The notes beneath the pieces are model-generated. The model was not told the origin of the DNA and did no database searches. It was given only the letters and a program-made list of their open reading frames with translations. Shown here piece by piece: positions 54,109 through 63,619 of a DNA stretch of 64,000 bases. The stretch covers positions 3,621-67,620 of the forward strand of contig CAYPSA010000007.1 in the NCBI GenBank assembly GCA_964413645.1. The letters are read 5' to 3'. Origin of the DNA: an uncultured Gammaproteobacteria bacterium (GTDB lineage: Bacteria > Patescibacteriota > Microgenomatia > UBA1406 > HO2-37-13b). A program made the position numbers and the translations under genes. Position 1 is the first letter of the stretch. Each line of letters begins with the position of its first letter.

Positions 54109-54578
54109 TGGTTTATTTAACACTATCAGATTTTGAGGTTATCTGCAGTGAACTTGCTTCTTTTTTTAAGAAAAACAACGATCCTATTCCTGTATACAAA
54201 CATACATATTTTGATAAATTAGATGGAGTAATCGCTTCCCCCGCTCGCACCTTTGGAAAAAAAGATTTATATCCAGATATCTATACAAAAACTGCATGCT
54301 ATATGTATTTCATAAACAAAATCCACCCTTTTAATAATGGGAACAAGCGAGTTTCAATTGTCGCCGCAGGAGTTTTCTTACAATACAACGGATATGAATT
54401 TACCGCCGATGAAGAAGAAATTTATGATCTTGCAAAAAAAATTACACTATCTAAAAATAAGCAAGATGACGACATCGCCCAAACTTCTGAATTTATTAAA
54501 ACACATACGCGTCGAAATAAAGATGCTGTTCAATCACGATTTATGTTTGCAATGCTCAAGCTTTTGAGAAGAGAATAG
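54108..54578 (+). CDS. doc: Doc (death-on-curing) family Fic-fold toxin
   Basis: Doc-type motif HPFNNGNKRVS. Confidence 0.8.
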   Translation: MVYLTLSDFEVICSELASFFKKNNDPIPVYKHTYFDKLDGVIASPARTFGKKDLYPDIYTKTACYMYFINKIHPFNNGNKRVSIVAAGVFLQYNGYEFTADEEEIYDLAKKITLSKNKQDDDIAQTSEFIKTHTRRNKDAVQSRFMFAMLKLLRRE

Positions 54579-54592
54579 GTCCGGAGTCATCC

Positions 54593-54958
54593 TTACCTTT
54601 TCGGCACAAATTTCAGTGAAATTGAATTCACACAATGTCGAGTATTTTTCTCAGTAAACCGCTCTCCTTCATAGATGTGTCCTAAGTGAGCTTTGCACGT
54701 ATTGCATACAATCTCAAATCCACCATAGCCATCAGGATCTTTCGTATTTGTCACTGCTCCCGGAATTTCCTGATCAAACGCAGGCCATCCACAACCAGAA
54801 TTAAATTTGCTGTTTGAAGTATATAATGGAGTTTCACATTGACGACAGATATATGTACCCTCTCGAAAGGTCGTATCATATTCTCCCGTGAAAGGTGCCT
54901 CTGTTCCCTTATAGAGTATTACTCGTTCTTCTTCAGGAGTTAGTTTATTGAGTTTCAT
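54593..54958 (-). CDS. msrB: Peptide-methionine (R)-S-oxide reductase MsrB
   Basis: CxxC pairs (CRQCETPLY, CNTCKAHLGH) and the C-terminal catalytic RHCVNS. Confidence 0.9.
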   Translation of the reverse strand: MKLNKLTPEEERVILYKGTEAPFTGEYDTTFREGTYICRQCETPLYTSNSKFNSGCGWPAFDQEIPGAVTNTKDPDGYGGFEIVCNTCKAHLGHIYEGERFTEKNTRHCVNSISLKFVPKR

Positions 54959-54960
54959 AA

Positions 54961-55743
54961 TTAACTTTTCAAGAACTTAATTCTATCATGAATTAATGGA
55001 TGCGTTCTTAAAAATCTCGCAAAGATATTCCGATTCGTTGAACACTTTTTTCCAATTCTTTCATCCTCACTTATCATTCTTTCAAAGAATCTAACAAATT
55101 TCTCCGGGTCATCAAGTACTTTTTTAGCGTATTTATCAGCTAAACGCTCGCGCCATTGACTTATTAATAAAACCACGGGTAATAGGAGCGTTGACTCAAG
55201 TAGAGATATTAGCAAAAGAGACTTTGTTGAGCTGGAGAAAAAAGTCGTATTAACATATGACGTGCTTAAAAGAATAATATTCACTAAGACTAAATAAAAT
55301 ACTTGATCTTTATTTACATAGTGTCCAAGCTCATGAGCAACCACTCCCTCCAATTCATCATAAGGATGGCGCTCGAGAGTTGTTGAGTGAAAAACTACAA
55401 TTTTGTTTCCTCCAAATCCACATGCATAAGCATTACTACCTGTAGATTTAATTGAGAAGAAATCTTTGAGTCTGATTCCAAGTGAATTTGTAAACGACCA
55501 TAGTTCGTTTAAATGTTTTCCTTCATATTTTTTACCTCTAAACAATATCCGAATTATTTGAGGAATAAAATACGTTATCAACAAACTTGAAACAAATAAT
55601 AAGAATGAAAACTGCGCAATTCCAGCTTTTTTAACAATAAAAGAACAAATATCTATAAGCAACCATCCTAATAAATATATTACAAAGACTCTTTTAAACA
55701 TTAAATTTCGTTCAAAATTTTCAAGAAAAACTCTCCTCTCCAA
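54961..55743 (-). CDS. M48-family (HtpX-like) zinc metalloprotease
   Basis: HELGHY motif and four TMs. Confidence 0.8.
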   Translation of the reverse strand: MERRVFLENFERNLMFKRVFVIYLLGWLLIDICSFIVKKAGIAQFSFLLFVSSLLITYFIPQIIRILFRGKKYEGKHLNELWSFTNSLGIRLKDFFSIKSTGSNAYACGFGGNKIVVFHSTTLERHPYDELEGVVAHELGHYVNKDQVFYLVLVNIILLSTSYVNTTFFSSSTKSLLLISLLESTLLLPVVLLISQWRERLADKYAKKVLDDPEKFVRFFERMISEDERIGKKCSTNRNIFARFLRTHPLIHDRIKFLKS

Positions 55744-55746
55744 TTC

Positions 55747-56172
55747 TTAATAAATTAAATCTCTTAACCTCTCAGAATCTGCATTCACATACATATCAAT
55801 AACTGCCCTATGATAGGGAACAACGTTTGTTGGTAAATCTTTTGGATCAAACCATTCCCAACCATCGCAAGATTCTGGTTCTACAATTCGAGGTGTTCCC
55901 TCAAAGTCTTTACAGAGAAACGCAAAATGGACATAGGTCGACTTTCCTTCTTCTAACTCTCGGACTACTCCTAAAAAATGCAATTCGCGAGCTACAAGCG
56001 AAGATTCTTCCGTAAGCTCTCGAGCTGCTGCTTTTTTAAGCTCTTCTCTGTCTTCAAGTTTGCCTCCAGGCAAGCAACGTTCTCCAGGTCGAAAATTCCC
56101 TTTTCTGATTCCCAATAGAATCTCTTTTTGCTCGTTTTCGACAACCGTACAACAACTAATTCTTTCTGACAT
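55747..56172 (-). CDS. NUDIX hydrolase
   Basis: Nudix box GGKLEDREELKKAAARELTEES. Confidence 0.85.
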   Translation of the reverse strand: MSERISCCTVVENEQKEILLGIRKGNFRPGERCLPGGKLEDREELKKAAARELTEESSLVARELHFLGVVRELEEGKSTYVHFAFLCKDFEGTPRIVEPESCDGWEWFDPKDLPTNVVPYHRAVIDMYVNADSERLRDLIY

Positions 56173-56173
56173 A

Positions 56174-56701
56174 TTATTTCAATTTCTCCGAATATTTTTC
56201 TCGTAATTTTTGTAACTTTGGCGAAATAATTACTTCGCAATACCCATCATTTTTGTTCCGATTGTAATAATCTTGATGATATTGTTCGGCAGCATAAAAT
56301 TCTTTTAATGGTTCAATTTCCGTTACAATAGGTCCTTCATATTGATGCGAAGTTATCAACATATCACGAGCCTGTTGAGCTATGACTTTTTGCTCTTCAG
56401 TTGTATATAGGATTATTGAGCGATATTGCGTTCCTACATCGTTTCCCTGTCGATTGTATGACGTGGGATTATGCGTACTAAAAAATACATCTAAAAGATC
56501 GTTATATGGAATAACATTTGGATCAAATTCTATCTTAATAACCTCTGCATGTCCGGTTTCTCCGGTTGTTTCATCGTGATACGAAGGAGTATCCATTGTT
56601 CCTCCAGCATATCCAGACATAACAGAGATCACTCCTTTCAATTGCTGAAAAATCGCTTCTGTACACCAAAAACATCCCCCGCCAAATACTGCTGTTTCCA
56701 T
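56174..56701 (-). CDS. msrA: Peptide-methionine (S)-S-oxide reductase MsrA
   Basis: GGGCFWC active site beginning 5 aa after ATG 56701. The longer ORF upstream is implausible. Confidence 0.9.
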   Translation of the reverse strand: METAVFGGGCFWCTEAIFQQLKGVISVMSGYAGGTMDTPSYHDETTGETGHAEVIKIEFDPNVIPYNDLLDVFFSTHNPTSYNRQGNDVGTQYRSIILYTTEEQKVIAQQARDMLITSHQYEGPIVTEIEPLKEFYAAEQYHQDYYNRNKNDGYCEVIISPKLQKLREKYSEKLK

Positions 56702-56743
56702 AGTTATAGAGTATACTTGAATAACGTAAATTTGCAATTTCTT

Positions 56744-57124
56744 ATGGATATACTCTATACAATTACCGGAACCGTTATCGAAGGAAAAAAAAGAGGTAGG
56801 ATTATGGGGTATCCAACGGTAAACGTAAAACTCAATCAACATATTGAGTCGGGAATTTATACATCGCGAGTTTATATAAATGGAAAAGCACATATGGCTG
56901 CAACATTTATTGGAGATGCAAAAACATTTAATGAAAACGACTACAAATTAGAAAGTTTCATTCTAGATTTTGATGAAGAAATCTACGGTAAAGAAGTTAG
57001 GGTGGAATTATATAAAAAATTAAGAGAGAATCAGAAATATGAAAATGTCGAAGAATTAATCAAACAAATTGAAAATGATATTTCAGATACTCGTAGCTAC
57101 TTTACGAGCCCCCGGAGCTCGTAA
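56744..57124 (+). CDS. Riboflavin kinase (stand-alone RibF C-terminal-type domain)
   Basis: GTVIEGKKRGRIMGYPTVNV and 126 aa length. ATG 56744 is preferred. Confidence 0.8.
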   Translation: MDILYTITGTVIEGKKRGRIMGYPTVNVKLNQHIESGIYTSRVYINGKAHMAATFIGDAKTFNENDYKLESFILDFDEEIYGKEVRVELYKKLRENQKYENVEELIKQIENDISDTRSYFTSPRSS

Positions 57125-58049
57125 GAGATACTCTTTCTTTTGCCAACGGCCGTGTCACATTATAAATCGCGATTCCCAACAAGACTATTCCAAAAATCTG
57201 TGTTCCCGAAAGGGTTTTATTAAAATGAAAATAATCAATTAAAATTGCACTCGCTGGCCAAACTAACTCACATAATGTAGTAATTCGGGCTGGTGTTTTT
57301 TTTAGTCCATAATAATAGAATGCTAACGCAACCATTCCGGTTGAAAACGTAATTAATAATAATGTCTGCCATTGGGGTGCAGTAAGTGTATATAAGGAGG
57401 CTGTCTGATTGTTACCAAAAATAAGTAAAAAAGCAAAAATAGGTGTCAAGATAAACCGCAATGTAGTTCCAGTTAACACTGAAACTTTATTCAAAACATA
57501 TTTCGAAATCGCTGTCGATGATCCCCACATAACACCAGCTCCTAAAGCAAGGATTGCGGCCTTTGCTGTTCCTGCACCTGTTGCGAAATTTACTTGTAAA
57601 TCTTTAAACGAAATAAAATATGCAGCGACCAATGCTAAGACAGCCCAACCAATAAACTTTTTTGTAATTTTTTCTTTTAATAACAACGCTGCCATACCGA
57701 TCGCCCAAATTGGTTGAAGCTGTTGTAATAAAACGACAACAGAATATTGTGAATAATTAATATGCTGCAAAGCCGATGTATAAAATATTGTTCCCAACGC
57801 TCCTGAAAATAAGGCAATCACAGAAACTGCAGTCCATTCCTTTCGAGTCATCTTTTTCAAATCTTTAAACCATTTGAAAGAAAGAAGCAATAAGAAGAGT
57901 GCACCCAAAAGGTGTTCATAAAATACAATAACAGCGGGTGGAAGCGAGTATAAACTTACCCGTAGCAGACCGTCAAAACTCCATAAGAGCGCAGCGATGA
58001 TAATAAATATCGGACCAAATGTTTTCAACTTATTCACTGAAGTAATCAT
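57102..58049 (-). CDS. EamA/DMT-family transporter
   Basis: Ten TMs in two EamA-like halves. The start (58049 or 58073) is uncertain. Confidence 0.8.
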   Translation of the reverse strand: MITSVNKLKTFGPIFIIIAALLWSFDGLLRVSLYSLPPAVIVFYEHLLGALFLLLLSFKWFKDLKKMTRKEWTAVSVIALFSGALGTIFYTSALQHINYSQYSVVVLLQQLQPIWAIGMAALLLKEKITKKFIGWAVLALVAAYFISFKDLQVNFATGAGTAKAAILALGAGVMWGSSTAISKYVLNKVSVLTGTTLRFILTPIFAFLLIFGNNQTASLYTLTAPQWQTLLLITFSTGMVALAFYYYGLKKTPARITTLCELVWPASAILIDYFHFNKTLSGTQIFGIVLLGIAIYNVTRPLAKERVSLTSSGGS

Positions 58050-58992
58050 ACACTGCTTTTGACACCGTTGCAATACGATCTTCTGCTCCTGGTGGATAGT
58101 CGCTTAGCGACAAAATCACTATTAAATAATCTCCTTTGGGCGTATATACAATTCCAGCGTCATGCGTAAACAAACCTATCTCACCTGTTTTATGTGCAAT
58201 CACTATGTCATCCGACAACTTGGCAGGCAACTTATTGTTTAGTTTTTGTTCTTTTAAAAGCTCTATCATTTCTCTATCGCTACTGGGTGAAACAAGCTTT
58301 TGATTGTATAACTTTTCAAAAAATATCCCAATGTCATATGCAGAAACCTTTGGCGGTTGTCCAATAAATGATTCTTCTAATTCCTGTTCGCGTAGAAAAG
58401 TTTTCACATTCTTCATGCCTACTTTGCCGGAAAGCGCAAGGGCTGCATAATTATGTGAAATCGTAATCATCTGACGCAAAGCACTTCCAATAGTGAAATC
58501 TATTGTTCCTTCTTTGAGTTCCGCATCTTCTGTAGCAATTTTAAATTGTTCATTTAGTTTTGGAATGTCTGCATTCAAACCGTCGGCTACTTTAAGAGTA
58601 CCCGCATCTATTTGCTTATATGCAGTAGCCATAATCCATAACTTATACAAACTCCCCGATTCAAATGTCATATGCTCGTTATCATGATATATCTCCTCTG
58701 TTTTTAGGTTCTTAATCAATATCCCGTATTTACCTTTTGAACCTTGCATCGCTTTTTGGACTACTTCTGAAAGCTGAGACGAAGAAGTGGGAAGTGTGGG
58801 ATACGCAATAACCGGCGCAGCATTAACCTGCGTTCGTATGGGAAAATATGTATAGAGTGCATAATTAGTTCCAGAAAAAGAGATAAGTGAAGTAAGCACT
58901 AAAACAGTAAGAGTAAATATAATTCCTCGATTATTATTTCGCGATCTATGCAAATGCGTACGCCGGAGTGGAGTGTAATTTAACTGTGACAT
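58030..58992 (-). CDS. Serine hydrolase of class A beta-lactamase fold (membrane-anchored)
   Basis: SxxK (SLYK), SxN (SHN) and KTG (HKTGE) triad, plus an N-terminal TM. Confidence 0.7.
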   Translation of the reverse strand: MSQLNYTPLRRTHLHRSRNNNRGIIFTLTVLVLTSLISFSGTNYALYTYFPIRTQVNAAPVIAYPTLPTSSSQLSEVVQKAMQGSKGKYGILIKNLKTEEIYHDNEHMTFESGSLYKLWIMATAYKQIDAGTLKVADGLNADIPKLNEQFKIATEDAELKEGTIDFTIGSALRQMITISHNYAALALSGKVGMKNVKTFLREQELEESFIGQPPKVSAYDIGIFFEKLYNQKLVSPSSDREMIELLKEQKLNNKLPAKLSDDIVIAHKTGEIGLFTHDAGIVYTPKGDYLIVILSLSDYPPGAEDRIATVSKAVYDYFSE

Positions 58993-59021
58993 TCAGATAT
59001 TCTACACACTATAATTGATTT

Positions 59022-59726
59022 ATGCATACCCATAACGAACCACATACGTTTGATGCGCTCAGCTCTCTTAACTGGCTTCGCGCAGCAGTATTAGGAGCAA
59101 ATGATGGCATTGTTTCTATTGCGGGTTTAGTTGTCGGAGTTGCTGGTGCTACAAATTCCTCAACCGCAATTCTTACTGCCGGAACAGCAGGAATTATTGC
59201 TGGTGCAATTTCAATGGCAGCAGGAGAGTATGTTTCGGTAAGTAGTTCTCGCGATACTGAGCGTGCGCTTCTTAAAAAAGAAGCATACGAATTAAAACAC
59301 TTTCCTGAACAAGAATTAAGAGAACTTGCCGCTCTTTATGAAAATAAAGGATTATCAGCAGAAACCGCAATGGAAGTTGCAAAAGAATTAACAAAAAAAG
59401 ATGCGTTTGCCGCACATGTAGATATTGAGCTTGGAATAGATCCAAATAATTTAACCAGTCCTTGGGAAGCTGCGTTTGCTTCAGCAGTCTCGTTTGTTGC
59501 TGGAGCTTTGATTCCATTAGTTGCAATCGCATTGCCTCCTGAAGCGTTACGAGTTCCCACTGCATTCTTATCCGTTATCGCAGCACTCGCAATTACCGGA
59601 ACCGTTAGCGCTAAAATTGGCGGTGCACAAGTTAATCGAGCAGTTTTTAGAGTTGTTATTGGGGGTATTTTAGCAATGGGAATTACATTCGGAATTGGAA
59701 GTCTTTTTGGCGTATCGGGAGTATAG
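59022..59726 (+). CDS. VIT1/CCC1-family iron/manganese transporter
   Basis: LRAAVLGANDGIVS motif and five TMs. Confidence 0.85.
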   Translation: MHTHNEPHTFDALSSLNWLRAAVLGANDGIVSIAGLVVGVAGATNSSTAILTAGTAGIIAGAISMAAGEYVSVSSSRDTERALLKKEAYELKHFPEQELRELAALYENKGLSAETAMEVAKELTKKDAFAAHVDIELGIDPNNLTSPWEAAFASAVSFVAGALIPLVAIALPPEALRVPTAFLSVIAALAITGTVSAKIGGAQVNRAVFRVVIGGILAMGITFGIGSLFGVSGV

Positions 59727-60269
59727 CTACTTCGTATATTTCTGGATTAATTCTGTTACGCGCTCTAATTTACTTATATCCGGTTTATGAATTTGTTCAC
59801 CGAGCTTGAAATATTTCCCTTTATGATAAATAATTGGGTCGTTTTCGTGCTCCGTAAATTCTTGCACTTCCCCAATAAAAATCGGATGATCACCCATATC
59901 GATGACTTTAACCAATTTACATTCTGCATTTAAAGTTGCTCCTTCGATCATTAGAGCATTAATTGATTTTGCTTCATAAAAATTTACTCCAAGCTCTTTA
60001 AGCAAAGCAATTTTATCTACTTCTTTTCCTTGATTGTTTCCGGCAACGCTTGAAATAACATTTTGATCAACCGATGCAATATTCACGCCAAATTCTCCAG
60101 TTTCTTGAATATTTTCAAACGTCGCTTTGCCTGGTCGTATACAAACAGCAATCAGAGAAGGATCGTACGAAAGTTGATGTGTCCATTCGCACGCCATTAC
60201 ATTCTGACCCCATTTTCCATTACTGGTAATTAGTCCAACATTAGTAAGAAATGATGCGGTTGTTTTCAT
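59727..60269 (-). CDS. Flavin reductase-like FMN-binding domain protein
   Basis: NVMACEWTHQLSYDPSLIAVCI pattern typical of flavin reductase-like domains. Confidence 0.7.
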   Translation of the reverse strand: MKTTASFLTNVGLITSNGKWGQNVMACEWTHQLSYDPSLIAVCIRPGKATFENIQETGEFGVNIASVDQNVISSVAGNNQGKEVDKIALLKELGVNFYEAKSINALMIEGATLNAECKLVKVIDMGDHPIFIGEVQEFTEHENDPIIYHKGKYFKLGEQIHKPDISKLERVTELIQKYTK

Positions 60270-60286
60270 TGTTTCTAGTATTAGAA

Positions 60287-60769
60287 TTACTTCTTTCCTT
60301 TTTGAAGTGGCTTAATGAATTTTATATAGCCAAGGAGCAGTGAAATAGATAGCCCGACAGAAACAACAAAAAATAGGAATCGAGTATCTTCTGTGCTAAA
60401 ACCACGAATAGTTCCATATAACAGAGTAAGCACTCCTCCAAGTAAAATTCCATCGGCAATCAAATATATTTTCTTTAACAAAGTTAAACTGATCGCTACA
60501 AAAAATACCGCAGCTATTATTGCAATAGTAGAAACATTACGCTCATATATTTGAGACTTTTTTCTATATTCTTTTTCTTGCACATCATATATCTTTCTTT
60601 GCTCAACAATCTCCTTACTCTCCTTTACGTTTGTATCCGGCAACGGCTCGTATCGTATAACCACAGGCATTTCAGGATATTTAGGAGCAGGGTAAAATGC
60701 AGAAATTCCAACTCCTACAAAAAGCGCCAAGAAGACTCCGATAAATAGTGTGTAAATAAATCGAATCAT
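60287..60769 (-). CDS. Membrane protein (4 TM), unknown function
   Basis: ORF with hydrophobic helices. Confidence 0.5.
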   Translation of the reverse strand: MIRFIYTLFIGVFLALFVGVGISAFYPAPKYPEMPVVIRYEPLPDTNVKESKEIVEQRKIYDVQEKEYRKKSQIYERNVSTIAIIAAVFFVAISLTLLKKIYLIADGILLGGVLTLLYGTIRGFSTEDTRFLFFVVSVGLSISLLLGYIKFIKPLQKGKK

Positions 60770-60916
60770 AAGTACATAATACCATATTTAATCACAAATC
60801 TCATTTACTATTGGAAGTCGGTACTTATCAGTAGCTAACATAAGATATAACAATGAAAATTACCACATACTTTTATGTTCGCATGATGGTAAAAAATTAG
60901 GTATGATAAATACATA

Positions 60917-61333
60917 ATGATCAATTACAAGCATAAAAAATGGGATTTATTACGAATAATTTTTTTTCACAGACTTAACTATGTCTTAGCTTTTACTCTC
61001 ACCTTTACCGTGATCATAGGAATCCTTGTGACAATCATTGAAAATTCTATACCAGATGCACCAATTCAAACATTTACCGAAGGAGTGTGGTGGGCTTTTT
61101 CGACGGTTGCATCGGTTGGATACGGCGACTTTGTTCCTATTACTTTGACAGGACGCATACTCGCGGTAATACTTATGCTCGTAGGTATATCGTTATTTTC
61201 GATAGTTACCGCAAACATTGCGAGTTTTTTTGTTGAAGAAGATGAAGAAAAAGAGTTGGAAAAAATAATGAATCAACTTGATGTATTAGAACAGAAAATT
61301 GATGATCTTCAAACCAAAGTAAGGCGTGACTAA
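60917..61333 (+). CDS. Two-TM potassium channel (Ion_trans_2) with short coiled-coil tail
   Basis: Selectivity filter SVGYGD between two TMs. Confidence 0.85.
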   Translation: MINYKHKKWDLLRIIFFHRLNYVLAFTLTFTVIIGILVTIIENSIPDAPIQTFTEGVWWAFSTVASVGYGDFVPITLTGRILAVILMLVGISLFSIVTANIASFFVEEDEEKELEKIMNQLDVLEQKIDDLQTKVRRD

Positions 61334-61629
61334 ATAATTTCGATAGTCATTTTACAAACTGCATCCAACTTTATATTTTCATTTTTTCGTATTTCAGACT
61401 TTAAGGGTAATAAAAAACATTTTGCTTTATTATCGGGAAAGATTGAAGTTTTCCAACGAGACGCTCCCACTTGTACATTTACTGGAATTGATCCCCATCC
61501 TCTTTTGCGATCTGCAAATTTTTCATGAATATCAGCGGTAATAGCTATTGGTACCGAAATAAAATACCATCCAGCTTTTCCCAGATACAACCAAACCCTT
61601 GCTTCAAAGAAGTATTGGTTATATGACAT
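61330..61629 (-). CDS. DUF1905-domain protein
   Basis: WYFISVP..GWGSIPVNVQVG..WKTSIFP pattern. Confidence 0.65.
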   Translation of the reverse strand: MSYNQYFFEARVWLYLGKAGWYFISVPIAITADIHEKFADRKRGWGSIPVNVQVGASRWKTSIFPDNKAKCFLLPLKSEIRKNENIKLDAVCKMTIEII

Positions 61630-61641
61630 AAGAAATAACCC

Positions 61642-62577
61642 TTATTTATCCATCATTCCCATTACTAAGCTCGCACTGGGTAGATTATCTTGTGATATTT
61701 TAATCGCTGCTGTAGCACATGCGAAACGCATACTTTTTTGCAGGTCAAAGCCAAGAGTTTGAGCTTTAATAAATCCGGCATTAAAGCAATCGCCTGCACC
61801 AACACTATTTTTTACCTGGACATGAAACGAAGGTACATGAATGTATTGAGTGCCCTTTGATCCAATCGCGCCATTTTGAGCGTCTTTTATCACTATCATA
61901 CAATCACTGAGTCCTCTCACTTTTTCAATACCTTCTTCTATCGTTGCAGCTCCCCACAAACCTAGAAATTCATCTTTACTTGGTAGATAGTAATCTACCA
62001 AACCAATCACATCTCTAACTTTTTGTCTATCTTCCGCGCTTACTGCATTCGTAATACGTCCATGATCCAAAACAACTTTTGTCCCATGTGTACGGGCATA
62101 GCTTGCAATATCTTCATAATGAGGCAAAACTCCTGCAAGTTTGAATGCGCCACCTAAATACAAATACCCAACCTGATCACTGACTTTTCTTAATTGCTCC
62201 AAAACCTCTCCGCCCTGTAAGGCTTGGTTTGCCGATCCAATAGCGGTCATTATTGAAGCTCCAGCTTCCCCTAGATAATTTGTCCCTATGTTCGTCTGTA
62301 CGTCATCTGAAATAATAAGAGCTGGCCTAACCCCCGTTTTTTTCACTTGCTGTTCAAGCACCTTTCCCAAAGAATCATTCCCTACTTTCCCAATAAATAT
62401 TGCGTCTAAATCTAGTGCTGTACAAAAGCGTGCGAAATTAAGCGCAGAACCTCCTGCGACGATTTCATATGCTCCACCTACAACCTCCCTGCCAGGCTCT
62501 AACCCTGTGCCATAGGGAAAATTATAAGCATTAATATCCAAATACATAGTTCCCATCGAAACGACTTCATTACTCAT
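61642..62577 (-). CDS. PfkB-family carbohydrate kinase
   Basis: C-terminal signature VGAGDCFNAGF and an N-terminal GG dipeptide region. Confidence 0.85.
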   Translation of the reverse strand: MSNEVVSMGTMYLDINAYNFPYGTGLEPGREVVGGAYEIVAGGSALNFARFCTALDLDAIFIGKVGNDSLGKVLEQQVKKTGVRPALIISDDVQTNIGTNYLGEAGASIMTAIGSANQALQGGEVLEQLRKVSDQVGYLYLGGAFKLAGVLPHYEDIASYARTHGTKVVLDHGRITNAVSAEDRQKVRDVIGLVDYYLPSKDEFLGLWGAATIEEGIEKVRGLSDCMIVIKDAQNGAIGSKGTQYIHVPSFHVQVKNSVGAGDCFNAGFIKAQTLGFDLQKSMRFACATAAIKISQDNLPSASLVMGMMDK

Positions 62578-63056
62578 ATTTTGATATTATATCAATTCCG
62601 AATTTATATTTTCTTACAAACCCACATGAGAGGCTCAAAAGCTAACTAATGATTTTTTTCCAGTGATTTTCTATAAATATATTGATACATTTTTTTCGGC
62701 CTACCAAGCTAACAATTTCCAACCAATAGCATCTTTTTTTTGTAATTCAAATTCTTGAATATCACATAGTCCAACATATTCTAAGTAAAATGAGGGTGAT
62801 GGATTGGGGCTATTTTTTGAATGAGATCGTGGAGTTTCATGATACTTAATTTTCCTTCTATACCCAGTATAGTTATGCATTCTTCAACTATTAGTGAATA
62901 ACTGACATAACATGTTCGTATTGATACAATAGCATTGTAGATATCACTTTATTACAATGAATTGATTATATATTCTAATACTGACAAGTTAATTTAATTC
63001 ATGGTATTATTAGAATAGAAATGACCCATTACCAACGAACGGAAAAGGGTAAATTT

Positions 63057-63557
63057 ATGAAAACATCATATATAACAATTGGAATTATAGTCCTGGTATT
63101 AGTTGGTGGAAGGTATTTCATTCTTAATAAGCCAGACTATTCCAAAACGGGAAGTCAAGTAAAAACACAATCCGACACGATGCAGTATAAATCGGACAAC
63201 TCTCAACCAGATGTTCAAGTTAACGACGCTTCCCTTACCCAACGATACGTTGACTATTCAGAAGCAAATCTGGCAACTGCAAATAAGAATAACGGAAAAA
63301 CATTACTTTTCTTTGCAGCGCTTGCTTGGTGTCCAACGTGTCAGGCGGCAGATAAGGATATACGGGAAAACTTTCAAAAGATTCCCTCTGACGTGACGAT
63401 TTTAAGGGTAGATTATGACAAGGCGAAAGACTTAAAGAAAAAGTATGCAGTTACTATGCAAGATACATTTGTTCAAATAGATAAAATGGGTAAAGAGATA
63501 ACCCGATGGAACAGTGGAGGTCAAGGAGTGCAAACACTTTTAACTAACGCAAAATAA
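63057..63557 (+). CDS. Membrane-anchored thioredoxin-like thiol:disulfide oxidoreductase
   Basis: N-terminal TM and the WCPTC active site. Confidence 0.8.
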   Translation: MKTSYITIGIIVLVLVGGRYFILNKPDYSKTGSQVKTQSDTMQYKSDNSQPDVQVNDASLTQRYVDYSEANLATANKNNGKTLLFFAALAWCPTCQAADKDIRENFQKIPSDVTILRVDYDKAKDLKKKYAVTMQDTFVQIDKMGKEITRWNSGGQGVQTLLTNAK

Positions 63558-63619
63558 TTCGAAACTTTAACAGTCTTAAAGACGGATCGGAACAGACTTC
63601 AATGATCTACTAAAAAAAT

